From NCBI RefSeq assembly GCF_001194135.2, contig NC_069008.1, positions 12,751,279 through 12,815,278 of the forward strand: 64,000 nucleotides of DNA, given 5' to 3'. A program made the position numbers and the translations under genes. Source of the DNA: Octopus bimaculoides (Eukaryota). This document shows positions 35,775 to 48,900 of this stretch, in pieces (position 1 is the stretch's first letter; the number at the start of each line of letters is the position of its first letter). Below the pieces are notes generated by a model. That model saw nothing but the letters and a program-made list of their open reading frames with translations, was not told where the DNA came from and did no database searches.

Positions 35775-36600
35775 ATCATCATCATCGTTTAACGTCCGCT
35801 TTCCATGCTGGCATGGGTTGGACGGTTTGACTGGGGACTAGTGAGCCAGATGGCTGCACCAGGCTCCAATCTGATCTGGTAGCATTTCTACAGCTGGATG
35901 CCCTTCCTAACGCCAACCACTCCGAGAGTGTAGTGGGTCCTTTTACATGCCACCGGCATGAGGGCCAGTCAGGTGGTACTGGCAAAGGCCATGCTCAAAT
36001 GGTGTTTTCCATGTACCATCAGCACAAGTGGCAGTAAGGCGACGCTGGTAACGATCACGCTCGAATGGTATTTTTTACGTGCCACGCAGCAGCTCTGGTC
36101 ATGATCACGCTCGGATGGTGCTCTTAGCACTCCACTAGCACGGATGCCAGTCATGCGGTGCTGTCATCGAATTCGATTCCGATTTCACTTGCCTCAACAG
36201 GTCTTCACAAGCATAGTTTAGTGTCCAATGAAAGAAAGGTATGCCTAAATGGGCTGGTTACACCACCGGCATAGGCCACAAGTTATGGTCTCACTTGGCC
36301 TGGCCACAGGTTATGGTCTCACTTGGTCTGCTGGGTCTTCTCAAGCACAGCATATTTCCAAAGGTCTCAGTCACTAGTCATTGCCTCAGTGAGGCCTAAT
36401 GTTCGAAGGTCATGCTTCACCACCTCATCCCAGGTCTTCCTGGGTCTACCTCTTCCACAGTTTCCCTCGACTGCTAGGGTGTGACACTTTTTCACACAGC
36501 TACTATCATCCATTTGCACCACAACCATACCAGTGCAGTCGTCTCTCACACATCTGAGGCTTCTTAGATCCAACTTTTCTCTCAAGGCACTTATACTCTG
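35775..36600 (-). mobile_element. 5'-truncated RTE LINE (ORF end + repeat-rich 3' UTR + (GAT)n)
   Basis: MDDSSCVKKCHTLAVEGNCGRGRPRKTWDEVVKHDLRTLGLTEAMTSD. Confidence 0.85.
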
Positions 36601-38079
36601 TCTACATCATCATTTAATGTCCATTATCCCTGCTGGCATAGGTTGGATGGCTTGGCCTAACCTGGCAAGCTGGTGAGTTACACCAGACTCCAGTGTGATT
36701 TGGCATGGTTTCTACAGCTGGGTGCTTCTATGTGACACAGCATGCATGCATTTATGTGACACCACACACAACATGGGCGCTTTTCTGTGGTACTGCCATA
36801 AATGCTTTACACCACCAGAATGATCGGTCTTAACAATTCTGTGGATTACTGTATGGCAAGATCCATGAACTGAATGGCCTAACCACTAATCCATGCACCT
36901 TCACAATAGTTTGAAATAGATAAGTGAATATGTTTCAAATAAAAGCATATAATGTGGTGTCCTAATGTATTTTGAAAGTTGAATGAAATGTCTTTGATGT
37001 TAGGTCTATGGGGATTGATTTAGATTGATGAGATAGCCACAATAATATAATTTGCAACAACAATATGACCACCACACCTGCCCACCATCACATGTAGACT
37101 AATGTAACCGACATCATTGACGCAACAACTTTTGAGTTCAACTGAATATCAGACTGTATGCCAAGATGTGTGTGTATGTGTATTTGTTTTAAATCAGAAG
37201 TGCAAGGGTTGAATTGCCTATAAAATCTGGTAACCCCGCATATAGTATTTTCTCTTCCTGAGTCATCTTATTTCTATTATTACTTCCGTAGAAATAAGAA
37301 AATGTTTTACTCCCACATAGTAAATCTTTTCAAATTTTTTTTACTATATATTTGATTTGGATAATCAATTGCCACTGCTATTGGATCTTCTTTCAATATG
37401 AAATATTTGGAAAGGAGCTATCAAGTAGGCCTGAAGGTAGTAATGCGGGAAGGAACTGGAAAGCGATTACACTGGTTATTAAACTTGATGTTTCTAAAAA
37501 GATTTGGAGCAGAAGTAAAACTCAGTTTGGCAAAACATTATATTTTGAAATGTCACACCAGGATTGATATTTGACTACTGAGTGAATACTATGCTGAAGA
37601 AGCTCCTCCATTAATTGTGAGAGCTTATTTTTCCATACATGTAATCAGCATCGTTTAACGTCCGCCTTCCATGCTAGCATTGGTGGGTGCTTAAAACACA
37701 CGAGTATATGGATGGAGGATCAGAATTGGTGTAATGTGCCTATAAACAAGTAATTCAAAAGAGCCAAAAGTTTATATGATGATTTACTGTAAGAGGAAGG
37801 TGAAACTTGTAATGAAAACCCTTTTGTGTCTCATAAAAGCTGATTTGAAAGAAATATAATATGAGAAGAATCTAAGATGGTGAGCTGGCAGAATTGCTCA
37901 TGCCCTGAGCAAAATGCTTAGTAGCATTTCATCTGTCCTTATGTTCTGAGTTCAAATTCTACTGTGGTCAACTTTACCTTTCATCCTTTTGGGGTCCATA
38001 AAATAAGTACCAGTCAAGCACTGGGAATTGATGAAATCCCCAGAAATTATTGGCTTTGCATCAAAATTTGAAACTAATT

Positions 38080-38660
38080 TGCAGAGAACCTTTATGGCAT
38101 ATTATAAGAGAACTTTCAAAGTCTATATATGAAAAGAACTTTCAAACAACATATGAAAGCAATTGACAGGGAGGAGAAACCTACAATTAGAGATTTCTGG
38201 AGGAAGTTCAACATAATGGATGCTTTGGGTAATATAGCGGGATGATGTGAAACCTTCAACTTTGAATAGTTCTTGGAACAGTATATAGCCAGACTGTATC
38301 TGTGACATTACAAGTTTTCCTCAAGCAGAAAGTCTACATGGAATTGGGAAGGATATTGTGACACTTGCAAAGGATGTAGGATTTGATGTGATTGGGTTAC
38401 CAGTGTTTCAAAGAGAAAGTTTATCCATTGAAGAGGTGATACTCTTAGAGAAAGAAATGAATATACAGATGACACGACAGAAGTCCTAATGACAGTTAAA
38501 TTCACTAAAAATATTATTGTTGAAGGGTTGGCACGTATAGAGGAATGTTTGCAGGTTTATGCTGACAATTTGTGAACCTTTGACATAAATCATATTCATG
38601 GTTCTTTGTTTGAACAATTGTTTTATAGCCAGATTCTCTGTTTGTAGCCTTTTATAACAT
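38080..38660 (+). mobile_element. Tigger/pogo transposase C-terminal remnant (paralog 45960-46550)
   Basis: KRTFKQHMKAIDREEKPTIRDFWRKFNIMDA..VKPSTLNSSW..PDCICD..IVTLAKDVGF. Confidence 0.7.
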
Positions 38661-39559
38661 ACAAGGATTTGGTACATCCCCCCTGTGTTCAGTGGCTAGA
38701 CCTCAAAAGGTCTGGAACGGAAAAACATCGAGATGGTGTGAAGCTAGAGTTTTATAGTGAGCAGTCAGCTCACACTGAGGTTTAGAAGAGACTGTCTCAC
38801 GTGACCTTATTTGAAGGCTGCAACTGGTTGGGTTGCATATTGGTGCACAATAGAGCAAGAGACAAATTGCCCCAATACCAACCAATCAGAGTAGTGGACA
38901 CAACAGGGTCCAAAAGGGCGGCCGAAGACTAGCTGTTATCTACTACGTCCGTATTTATGTATATGTAACAGAGAGAGAGGAATTTCCCTCAAGCGTACGC
39001 TACACATGCAAAAAAAAAAAAAAATACATAACACACAGCCTCACTCTCTTTCTCCTCTCACTTCAAATCAAACGTCGCCTTCAAAACGTCATGAAAACAA
39101 AAGTAAATAGATAAAAAATCTTCTACGGAAATTAACGAACAATCATATAGTCCCATATGATTGAATTTTGACAGACATGAGGGGTATACCGAAAGAATGC
39201 CGCTTTTCGTACGCTATGCGTAAAAATAACTCCAAACGAGGATGTTTTGAAGTATAGATTATCGTGTGTTAAACATCTAAAGCGTGAGAGAGGATGCAAA
39301 CCACTAACTGAAGCCAGAGTCCCTTTTATTTCGCCCAGTTCGTTAACTGGTTTGCAATAAACGTCCTTGTCTTCAGCTTGTTTCTTGCAAGTTCACGGAC
39401 AATGTCGTACAGGAGTAAACATAAAAAGAAGAATGTTAGTTTGATTTTAATTGAAGTAGAACTGAAATTTGTAATATAAATCTTTAGATATTTACACCTG
39501 TTTATTCGCTTATTTGCTCACGTGCGATTTCAAAGTACCTTTCACTTTCAATTTGTGTT

Positions 39560-39723
39560 TTTAGCAAGTTTCAATTGGCAACCCTCTTTCTCCCTCTACC
39601 GGAGAATTAAAATAATACACATATAAAGGGGAATAACTTCATATTTTGTAAGATATACGTGATTAGGACGATGTCAGTTTAATTGTTGTTAATTGTGCAC
39701 CGACTAATTGCATATGAGGAACG
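39560..39723 (+). promoter_or_regulatory. Family-B promoter cassette / exon 1 (ZNF5)
   Basis: TATAAA 39622-39627, donor at 39723/39724, acceptor TTTCAG at 42248. Confidence 0.6.
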
Positions 39724-40999
39724 GTAAGTTGACAAAGATTTACTTGAATAATAAATCTGTAATAATGTAAGTGAGAGAATTGTTATTCTGTGAATCCTTC
39801 AACGGTACAGCAGCTCTTTTCAAGTGAAAACACACGACAACATTGGGACAAAGATATTTACTCCGCAACTTGAAAGGATAATACTTCCAGGCTGAAATGT
39901 CGATCTGTATTTTTAAAGACACACACTCCATTGTTACATATAAAGCGATATAACGAGATAAATGTTTTGTTAAATTATTTTATATTCCTTAATTCTGGTT
40001 TAAACACCCCATATAAGCTCCCATCACTTTTTTAGTTTTTGGAATTCTTGAAAATTTTTTTGCGAATTTATATTCTCCACATGAGAATTCATACGATTGT
40101 GCTAAAACCAAAGGAAAAAGGGTTGATGGTGCGTGATTTAAAGGCTATCTAGCTGTTATTTTTAGCCCATCTCTCCCTTATACCCTACTTGTTAGTGTTA
40201 TATATTGAGGTTTTTCAATACCCCCCCCCCAATTAAAATTTTTGATTTTATTTGCTTTAAAGAGATCGTAGCGAATTGACGAACATATACAAATCGAAAT
40301 TGAATACATACAAACACATTAAAGTGGAAAGAATTTGCGTTTTACTTGTGTTTGCCTTAATATATTTGTCAACTAAATGTGGCGGTCCTATAGAATTGTC
40401 CCTCATATTGACAAATGACTGAGACCTTTGTCGATATACTGTGCTTGAGCAAACCTGATGAAATTGTAGTCGTAGCTGATGCTGGTTTTACATAACTAGC
40501 ACCGATGCTGGTCGCACGTAAATGTCAACGACTACATACTTGGAGGAATTGATGTTAGGAAGGGCATTCAGCCAGAGAATCCGTGCCAAATCAGATTGGA
40601 ACCCGGTGCAGCTCCCCAGCTTACCAATTTTCAGTCAAACCATCCAATTCTTGCCAACAATTGAAAATGGATATTAAATGATGTGTGGTTGTTAATGTTA
40701 AGTCCTTTCTTTTTTCTTTTGTTGCCGTCCAGGTGCGTGGGGCTCTTGCTATCATATTTCTTTACGTTTTGCGTATGTGTACGCCTGGCATAAGATTCAG
40801 CGTTCTATGGTTTCTGCCATTATCTCCACTATACCTGATATTCCCTCTTGTTTGAATGTTTTTTGCTACTGTATAAACTGTATATTTTTTTGGTTGTATC
40901 CTGTGTATTCACCCCCACCACTTTTCTTGTTGTTTTCTCTATTCTGTTATGGGGGTGCATCTGGTTGTTATGGTTATTTTTTTTTGTGGGCGGGGGAGT

Positions 41000-41265
41000 A
41001 ATTTGCTATTCTACAGATTACCTTATTACATTTATCCATTTTGGTTTGGTTCACTGAGCTATGTAATATTTTATCTTTGTATCCTGCATCTTCTAAAGCT
41101 TTATTATAGCAATTATTGTTTTCTTTAAAAATGTCCTTATTACCGACAATCTGGATATGCAAGTGGAAATGTTTCTGACTATGGATTGAGTTATGCATTT
41201 GGGTTGAATGCTTTTGTAGTTTATGTATTTAAGGTTGTAGTTAGATTTATGGTATGGTTTGAATA
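41000..41265 (-). mobile_element. Penelope-like RT thumb fragment (Nematis/Naiad-like, clade unresolved)
   Basis: FKPYHKSNYNLKYINYKSIQPKCITQSIVRNISTCISRLS / NKDIFKENNNCYNKALEDAGYKDKIL. Confidence 0.65.
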
Positions 41266-41274
41266 CACTGGGAA

Positions 41275-41356
41275 TTAGGGTTTTAGGGTTAGGGTTAAGG
41301 TTAGTGTTAGGGTTAGGATTAGGATTAGGGTTGGTGTTAGGGTTAGGGTTAGAGTT
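41275..41356 (+). repeat. Interstitial degenerate (TTAGGG)n tract, ~13 units
   Basis: ttagggttttagggttagggttaaggttagtgttagggttaggattaggattagggttggtgttagggttagggttagag. Confidence 0.9.
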
Positions 41357-41672
41357 AACCTAGAAGGGACAGGCCCCTTATTTTTTGGTTAAGGGTGTTG
41401 GTAAGTTTTCCTAAGTTACTCCAATCCAGATCCCCAATGCAAACCTTCAGATCAACCTTTTCCTAGGCAGATCTCTAATGCAACTTTAAAAAAAAACAGT
41501 CAATGAGTGGAAATAACCAATAAACTGATTCCATATGGGATTTCCCAATCAAATTGCCAGCAAACCATTTTCAGCCAAACCAATTTCAACGGATTTTGCT
41601 CAAATCTGATGTCCATGTTACTTATTTTGGTTTTAAATAAAGCACTTGATCACTTAATAATCCTAGCTTAAT

Positions 41673-41701
41673 CCCGGGCAGCGCCGGGCTATACTGCCAG
41701 T
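41673..41701 (+). mobile_element. Helitron-like 3' terminus
   Basis: Hairpin CCCGG-GCAGCG-CCGGG followed ~8 nt later by CCAG|T (CTAG variant). Confidence 0.5.
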
Positions 41702-42643
41702 ATATATATATATATATATGTATATGTGTCTGTTTACAGTTTGGCAAAAGAGAATAAGGACTAGGCATACAAAGAATAAATCCTGGGGTTGATTTCTTCA
41801 ACTAAAAGGTGGTGCTCCAGCATGGCCACAGTCAAATGACTGAAACAAGTAAAAAGGAAGAATGAATATATATATATATATATATATATGTAATAATAAA
41901 GGATAAAAATGATCAAAGATTTTATCAGTGGCCAGCATATAATATAGACCTATTAAGGTAAATTCATATATAGAGAATTTATAATAGTATAAAATACAAT
42001 TATAATTAAGGGCATAGAAGAGACCATGACATATATATTTAGACACATACAAGATGATGATGATGATATATTTACATAGACACATTATGAGAAGCATAGC
42101 CTCTAGAATGATGTTGGTATTCCAAACCTGACATAATGTTAGAGTTGGTCTTAGTAACGGTGATGGTTTTAGTTGTAATCCACTGTTTCATCTCTGCTTT
42201 TAAAATGTCCTCTAAATCTTACACTGTTGTTTCTCTCTTTTATTTCAGAATATCAGATGACATTGGCATCACAGTATTGTTTCCATGAATATTTATCACC
42301 TTCTAAAACTGAAAGAAAATATTGTTCAGAATAGATTTTTAATAATCCTAGAGAATTACAGTGAAATATTTCTTCTGAAGTGAGATTGATAGCAACATTT
42401 CTCTTCTTAAATGTTTGGAATGTCTACAGAGTGATTTTATACAGAAATCAAACTTCGGTAATTTTGAAAAGAATCTTACAGCATCTTCAGATATTAACAA
42501 AGATTGCAGCCGAAGGAAAGAGAACAGTAATAAAGGAATAAACTGTGGAATTGAACAGGAAATGCTTTGGCATATATTGTGCTGATAAAAGCAAAATGAG
42601 GATTGTCTGAGAAAGCTGTAGAATATATTTTTATAAAGAGGTG

Positions 42644-43696
42644 ATGTCAAAAGAGAAACCACAATCAAGATATCAGTGTGATATCTGTAAAACGTTTTTC
42701 ACTTACAAACATAGTTTAACTACTCACAAACGTATACATACAGGAGAGAAGCCATTTCACTGTGATATCTGTGGTGAATCATTCCCTGTTCGAAGTGACA
42801 TAACTAAGCACAAACGTATTCATATTAGAGAGAAGCTATTTCACTGTGATATCTGTGGTAAATTATCCTCTTGTGGAAGTGCCTTAATATCTCACAAACG
42901 TATTCATACGGGGGAGAAGCCATTTCACTGTGATATATGTGGGAAATCATTCTCTCAAAGTAGCGTTTTGACTTATCACAAACGTATTCATACAGGAGAG
43001 AAGCCGTTTGATTGTGATATCTGTGGTAAATCATTCTCTGTTGGAAGTGCTTTAATATCTCACAAGCGTATTCATACTGGAGAGAAACCGTTTCACTGTG
43101 ATATCTGTGGTAAATTATTCTCTGTTGGAAGTGGCTTAACATCTCACAAGCGTATTCATACTGGAGAGAAGCCATTTCAGTGTAATATCTGTGGTAAATC
43201 ATTCTCTCAGAGTAGCACTTTAACCAAACATGAACGTATTCATACAGGGGAGAAACCATATCACTGTGATGTCTGTGGTAAATCATTCTCTGAAAATGGC
43301 AAATTAACCATGCACATACGTATTCACACAGGAGAGAAGCCATTTCACTGTGATATTTGTGGTAAATCATTTTCTGCAGGTAGCATATTAATTAAACATC
43401 AACGTATTCATACAGGAGAGAAGCCTTTTCACTGTGATATCTGTGGTAAATCATTCTCTCAAAGTGGCACTTTAACCAAACATGAACGTATTCATACAGG
43501 GGAGAAGCCATATCAGTGTGATATCTGTGGGAAATCATTCTCCGAGAAAGGTAAATTAAGTCTGCACGTACGTATTCACACAGGGGAGAAGCCATTTCAC
43601 TGTGATACCTGTGGTAAATCATTCCCTGCAAAAGGTAAATTAACTATGCACAAACGTATTCACACAGGGAAGAAGCCATATCATTCTGCTGTTTAG
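42644..43696 (+). CDS. ZNF5: C2H2 zinc-finger protein, 350 aa, 12 fingers (family B)
   Basis: Intact [22 protein letters not shown]...KPYHSAV*; ATG at 42644 (track used upstream GTG). Confidence 0.94.
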   Translation: MSKEKPQSRYQCDICKTFFTYKHSLTTHKRIHTGEKPFHCDICGESFPVRSDITKHKRIHIREKLFHCDICGKLSSCGSALISHKRIHTGEKPFHCDICGKSFSQSSVLTYHKRIHTGEKPFDCDICGKSFSVGSALISHKRIHTGEKPFHCDICGKLFSVGSGLTSHKRIHTGEKPFQCNICGKSFSQSSTLTKHERIHTGEKPYHCDVCGKSFSENGKLTMHIRIHTGEKPFHCDICGKSFSAGSILIKHQRIHTGEKPFHCDICGKSFSQSGTLTKHERIHTGEKPYQCDICGKSFSEKGKLSLHVRIHTGEKPFHCDTCGKSFPAKGKLTMHKRIHTGKKPYHSAV

Positions 43697-44354
43697 GGTA
43701 AATCATTCTCTCAAAACTGTCACTTGAATAGACATATATCTATGCATATAAAAAATGTGACTATATCTTTGTCAAAGTTCATTGCATCTGAAAACAACCA
43801 ATATTTTCATGTCTTTTATTCTGATAAATCAGGAAATCCATCAACTCTTCTCTATAATCATTGTTCTTTCTTTGAGATACATGTTATTGCCACATTCTGT
43901 ATGCGTAGGTATATATAATGAACATAAAACAAGTGTGTATATATATCATCATCATCATTTAACGTCCATTGTCCCTGCTGGTATGGGCTGGATGGTTTGA
44001 CCACAATCTAATTTTGCATGGTTTCTACAGCTGGATGGCCTTCCTAACACCAACCACTTTCCAGAGTGCTGGGTGCTTTCATGTGACACCACATGGGCAC
44101 CTTTACATAGGACTGTACGGGAACTTTTACATGACGCCACATGGGTGCTTTTCTGTGGCACTTTCATGAGAGCTTTTCACCACCAGAAGGATCAGTCTTA
44201 AAACTTCTGCAGTAGAGTATGTACTTTCTTGATTACGGCAGGGTGCTAGGTATGTCTGTCCTTTGTCATCTCGCCTCAAATATATGCATACATGAATGTG
44301 TGCATGTGTGTTTCTGTCATCATTACCAACACCAACAATAACAGGAACAATATC

Positions 44355-44688
44355 TGAAATGGCACTCTTGGTTACAATGACAAGGGTCCTAATTGATCCA
44401 GTTAATGGAACAGCCTGCTCATGAAACTAATGTGCAAGTGGCTGAGCACTGAAGAACTGCACAGACACAGACACACGTATCTTTAATGCAGTTTTCAGGG
44501 AGAGTCAGCAGGACACAGAATGTGACAATGCTGGCCATTTGAATTACAGGTACGACTTATTAGCCGAGTGAATTAGAGCAGTGTGAAATAAAGTGTTTGC
44601 CCCAAGGATACAGTGCACTGTTGGGAATCGAACTCACATACTCAGACACATGGGCTGAATGGCCTAACCACTAAGACACGCACCTTCG
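44355..44688 (-). mobile_element. tRNA-derived SINE with a different head/body but the same 3' module as 20734-21095
   Basis: Head gtcttagtggttagg..gagttcgattccc, body ccttggggcaaacactt, tail ctcagccacttgcac..gagcaggctgttcc. Confidence 0.7.
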
Positions 44689-45589
44689 CCATAGTTGGAA
44701 ATAGATAAGCAAATACATTTCAAATAAAAGCCTATAATAAGGTGTCCTGGTGTATTTTGGAAGTTGAATGAAATGCCTTCGATCTTAGGTCTATGGGGAT
44801 TGACTTGGGATAGCCAAAATGATATAACCACCACACCCCCAGCAGTACCTGCCCACCATCACATCTAAACCAATGCAACCCACATCATCACCACTATTGA
44901 CCCAACAACTCTTGAATACAACTACATATCAGCATGTATGCCAACACGTGTGTGTTTTTGTATGTGTATTTATGTCTTTAACTCAGAATTACTACATATT
45001 TGTTTTGGATAATTAATCATAACTGCTATTGGATTTTCCTTCAGTTTCCCTTGCCTGTAAAGAAGCTATCAAGTAGGCCTAAAGGCAGTAAGGCGAAAGG
45101 AAGAATATAGGGAATGTGATGTGTGTAGAACCTAAGGCGGTGAACTGGCTGAATTGCTACGGCACTGAGCAAAATGCTTAGTAGCATTTCATCTGTCTTT
45201 ATCTTCTGAGTTCAAATTCTGCTGTGGTCAACTTTATCTTTCACCCATTTGAGGTCCATAAAATAAGTACCAGTCAAGCACTGGGAGTTGATGTAATCCA
45301 AAATCTGAAGCCAGTACGAAAAGAACTTTGAAGGCGTTTTATAAGAGAGAGAGGGATGGAGAGAGAGGGACGGAGAGAGAGAGAGAGTAGATAGTGTGTG
45401 AGTAGTATGTTTGAGTAGTACAGAGTGCGTTCTGTCTCAACATATATTTCTGCGATAAGTTATTTTAGATAACCACAACCAACTATTTATTTGTATAATA
45501 GCATTTTTCACCAGACGTGTACATGCATGTTATAACAGTTCTGCACCATACAAATTTTAGATGGAAGCTATGGACTTCTTTTATATATG

Positions 45590-45900
45590 AGAGAAAATTA
45601 AGGATCTGATGAGGAGCTGCTATAACAATTTCAAAATGTGGTTCATGAGAGAAAATTTCACAACAGACTGGTATCATCTTGAGACTGGAATTGTTGTAGT
45701 TATTACAGCTCAAGAGAAATCACCTAAGAAGATATTCATGGATGACATAACAATACTAACAAAGAGACTAAAAGGATGTGCAAATAGTTCTGGATAGTAA
45801 ATTCGATGGACGAAGTACTTGGTCAAGAATGTGGTTTAAAGCAAATAAGTAATGCAGTCTATCATTTGTGAAAGGTCAGTGGAAACAAGTGAAGTTAAAA
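45590..45900 (+). mobile_element. RLE-clade (NeSL/HERO-like) RT core fragment
   Basis: IKDLMRSCYNNFKMWFMRENFTTDWYHLETGIV..IFMDDITIL. Confidence 0.6.
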
Positions 45901-46946
45901 ATAGCAGGAGAACCCATGCTAAAAGTTAAAGACGATGGTACACTATCTTGTTAACTGATAAGCATTGATGAGAACTTTCAAAGTGCATATATGAGAAAAA
46001 CTTTCAAACAACATATGAAAGCAATTGACAGGGAGGAGAAACCTACAATTAGAGATTTCTGGAGGAAATTCAACATAATGAATACTGTGTGTAATATAGC
46101 TGAATGATAAGATGAAGTGAAACCTTCAACTTTGAATAGTACTTGGGAAAGTATATGGCCAGATTGTATCTGTGACTTTACAAGTTTTCCTCAAGCAGAA
46201 AGTCTACATGAAATTCGGAAGGATATTGTGACACTTGCAAAGGATGTAGGATTTGAAAAAGTCAGAGAATGATGTGATTGAGTTGCTAGTGTCTCAGAGA
46301 GAAAGTTTTTCTACTAAGGAAAAGAACAATCTGAAAATACATATGAGACAACAGAAGTCTTACCAATAAACTTAAATTCAGTAAAAATATTATTGCTAAA
46401 CAGTTGGCATGTACAAAGGCAGATCTGCAAGTTTTTGCTAATAATCGACGGACATTTGACATAAATCATATGATCATGGTTCTTTGAGTAATTGTTTTAT
46501 AGCCATGTTCTCTCTTTGTAGCCTGTTATAACATACAAGGATATGGTACATTATATTAAAACTGGATATAAATACTGTCAAAATTGCTTCTAAAGATTAT
46601 TGTCTTATTTAACCATTAATAAAGATTATCTTATATAACTATAAATGTATTCACACACAACCTACGATGTAACAATATATAAGAGCAACTATTCGACTCT
46701 ATATTTTATATATATCCTACCATAACTTTATTTATATTTTAATAAAATCACACTTTCAAAATGTTCATCACTTGGCTGTGTGATAAAGAAGTTTGCTTTC
46801 AAACCACATGGGTTTGGGTTCATTCCCACTGCATAACATCTTGGATAAGTGTCTTATATACCCTGAACTGACCAAAGCCTTGCTAGTGTATTTGGTAGAT
46901 GGCAACTTGAGAAAAACCTGTGTGTGTGTATATATGTATGTATGTA

Positions 46947-47794
46947 TTGGGTCATCCCATAAATAATGCGTTTTTTTTTAATATTTATTTTTCAAAATTA
47001 AGATAAAGTTCTTTTTAATCTAAAACATACTCTCCTTCATTTTCTTCAATGCTCTGCCATCTAGCTGGTATATTTGCAATGCCCCTCTTCTAAAATCCAC
47101 TTGTGTGTGACGAAAAATACTCTTCTAGTACTGTTCTGACCTCATCTACAGAATTCATATTTTTCCTGTCCAAGTGATTTTGAAGTCTGCAAAATAAATG
47201 ATAATCAGATTGGGCAAACTGCTCCAGCTGTCGGAATGTTATCGCTGCATGTGGCAAGCATTATCCTGATGGTAGACCATCTTTCGTCTTGAAACCAAAG
47301 ATGGTCATTTTCTGATGTTATGCAGGTGTTGATGAAGTGTTGAATGACCAAATCCAAGCTTCTCTGCTGTCTTCTCAATAGTTACAATGGGATTTTGTTC
47401 CACCAGGGTTTGCAGGACCTCCTCATCGAGCTCTACAGATCTTCCAGGATGAGGCTCGTCTTCTAGGCTGTAGTATCCGGCTCGGAATTTCTGGAACCAC
47501 CGTTGACACTGGCTTATGCTTATTTTCCAATCCCCATATGCTGCATTAGTATTCCTTGCATTTTCCGTTGTGTTGTTGCCTTTATTGAACTCATAAATCA
47601 AAATATGCTGAATATGCTCCTTTGTCACTTCCACAATAGCTTTGAAAAAATAACTGTTAAAATCAAAGTGGACTCTTCCAAACTTGCACTGAGAATGAAA
47701 ACAAGGTAAAATTACATCCTGTTCCCTTCCAACTTCCCCTCTGACTTTTAGTTCATACAATTGAAAAAACCGTGTTATTTATGGGATGACCCAA
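46947..47794 (-). mobile_element. Internally deleted mariner transposon (848 bp)
   Basis: TIRs TTGGGTCATCCCATAAATAA.., TA TSDs; EVTKEHIQHILIYEFNKG..CQRWFQKFRAG..GRSVELDEEVL, HQDNA, SDYHLF motifs. Confidence 0.9.
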
Positions 47795-48619
47795 TAATTT
47801 ATGTTGTATTGTTTCAGCAAGTAATGTTTTGATGAGGTAAGAGAGTGAAGATAATCTTAAAATAAAAACTACTGTAGTAGTGCAGGTTACTTCTATTGTA
47901 CTGCACTTAACTGTGCAGGCTAAGCCTCGCCAATGTTTGAACGAATTTGTAATGGCCATGCCAGCCTGGAAGCAATAAATTATGTTGAAATTTGTCTTAA
48001 GATAGATGAGGCTTAGCCCATACAGTCAAGTACTCTATGCTACATGTGTCCTACAACACTATGATGGTTTTTATTTTGACATTATATACATATATTCATG
48101 CATGTGTCTGTGTTATATACATGTATGTCTGTATCTTCTTGTCTTGATATCACATGATTGTTGCATATGAATGTCATTAGGATTGCAAATTATATGAGTA
48201 AATATGGTATTGTGTGGGGTGGGGGCATGGATTGTGTTTAAGCATTGATTAATCCTGGATGAACAAACTTGCAATATAAAACGGGTTGATTACAGGGACT
48301 TTTATGACCTTTCAAATGGAAATAAAGATTGTATTGAACCAAGGAAAGATGTTTAAATAACAAAGAAAATTTACAAAATACCTTGTACATGTGGCTTCTA
48401 ACTACAGTTTGGTACCCCCACCACTGATTTTCATTTTATTTCACAATGACATCTCCTAGCATACACTAAACAGGTTTCCTTGTTTTACTTAGAAATCCAT
48501 CCACATTCTCTGGCCAGTACTTGTGGAAGGGTTGATGTGGGTAGGGACCTGAGATACCTCATTACAAGGGTACAATCAGAGACAATGATCATTTCAGTCT
48601 CCAGTTGGAATCTGAAGTA

Positions 48620-48900
48620 TAAGCAACTGAAATAATGACTATTATCCAATCATCTATTTCTTGGTCTATCCCTAGGACTGCCTTTTAGTTAGGCTTGAAG
48701 AATCTGCCTTGTGAGTCTTTTATGCAACTTTCTAACCACAAGTCTAAAATACAGGAGTTGTAATCTCTCAATGTAGAAAGAGTCCTTGATCTCCACAGTA
48801 GAGATCTTTTGGTGGAACCACATTTGGCCACTTGTATTCTTGATCATACTCTTTCAAACATCACCTAACCTTTCTTCTGCGAATTGAATGCTTGATGTGG
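48620..48900 (-). mobile_element. Old RTE ORF C-terminal fragment (different subfamily)
   Basis: IERLQLLYFRLVVRK..RLTRQILQA*LKGSPRDRPRNR*LD. Confidence 0.5.

Noticed and set aside
42380-42590. CxxC-containing frame in the exon-2 leader (KCLECLQ, CPECVQ) as a ZAD-like effector domain
   Set aside because: Frame differs between paralogs, Cys residues are lost in ZNF2 and ZNF6, and a TGA is shared just upstream; behaves as conserved non-coding leader
42825-43631. Antisense ORFs over finger arrays ([19 protein letters not shown] repeats; also 5112-5456, 24743-24973, 34244-34663, 56863-57732)
   Set aside because: Shadow frames of the 84-bp C2H2 repeat, which is naturally stop-poor on the opposite strand
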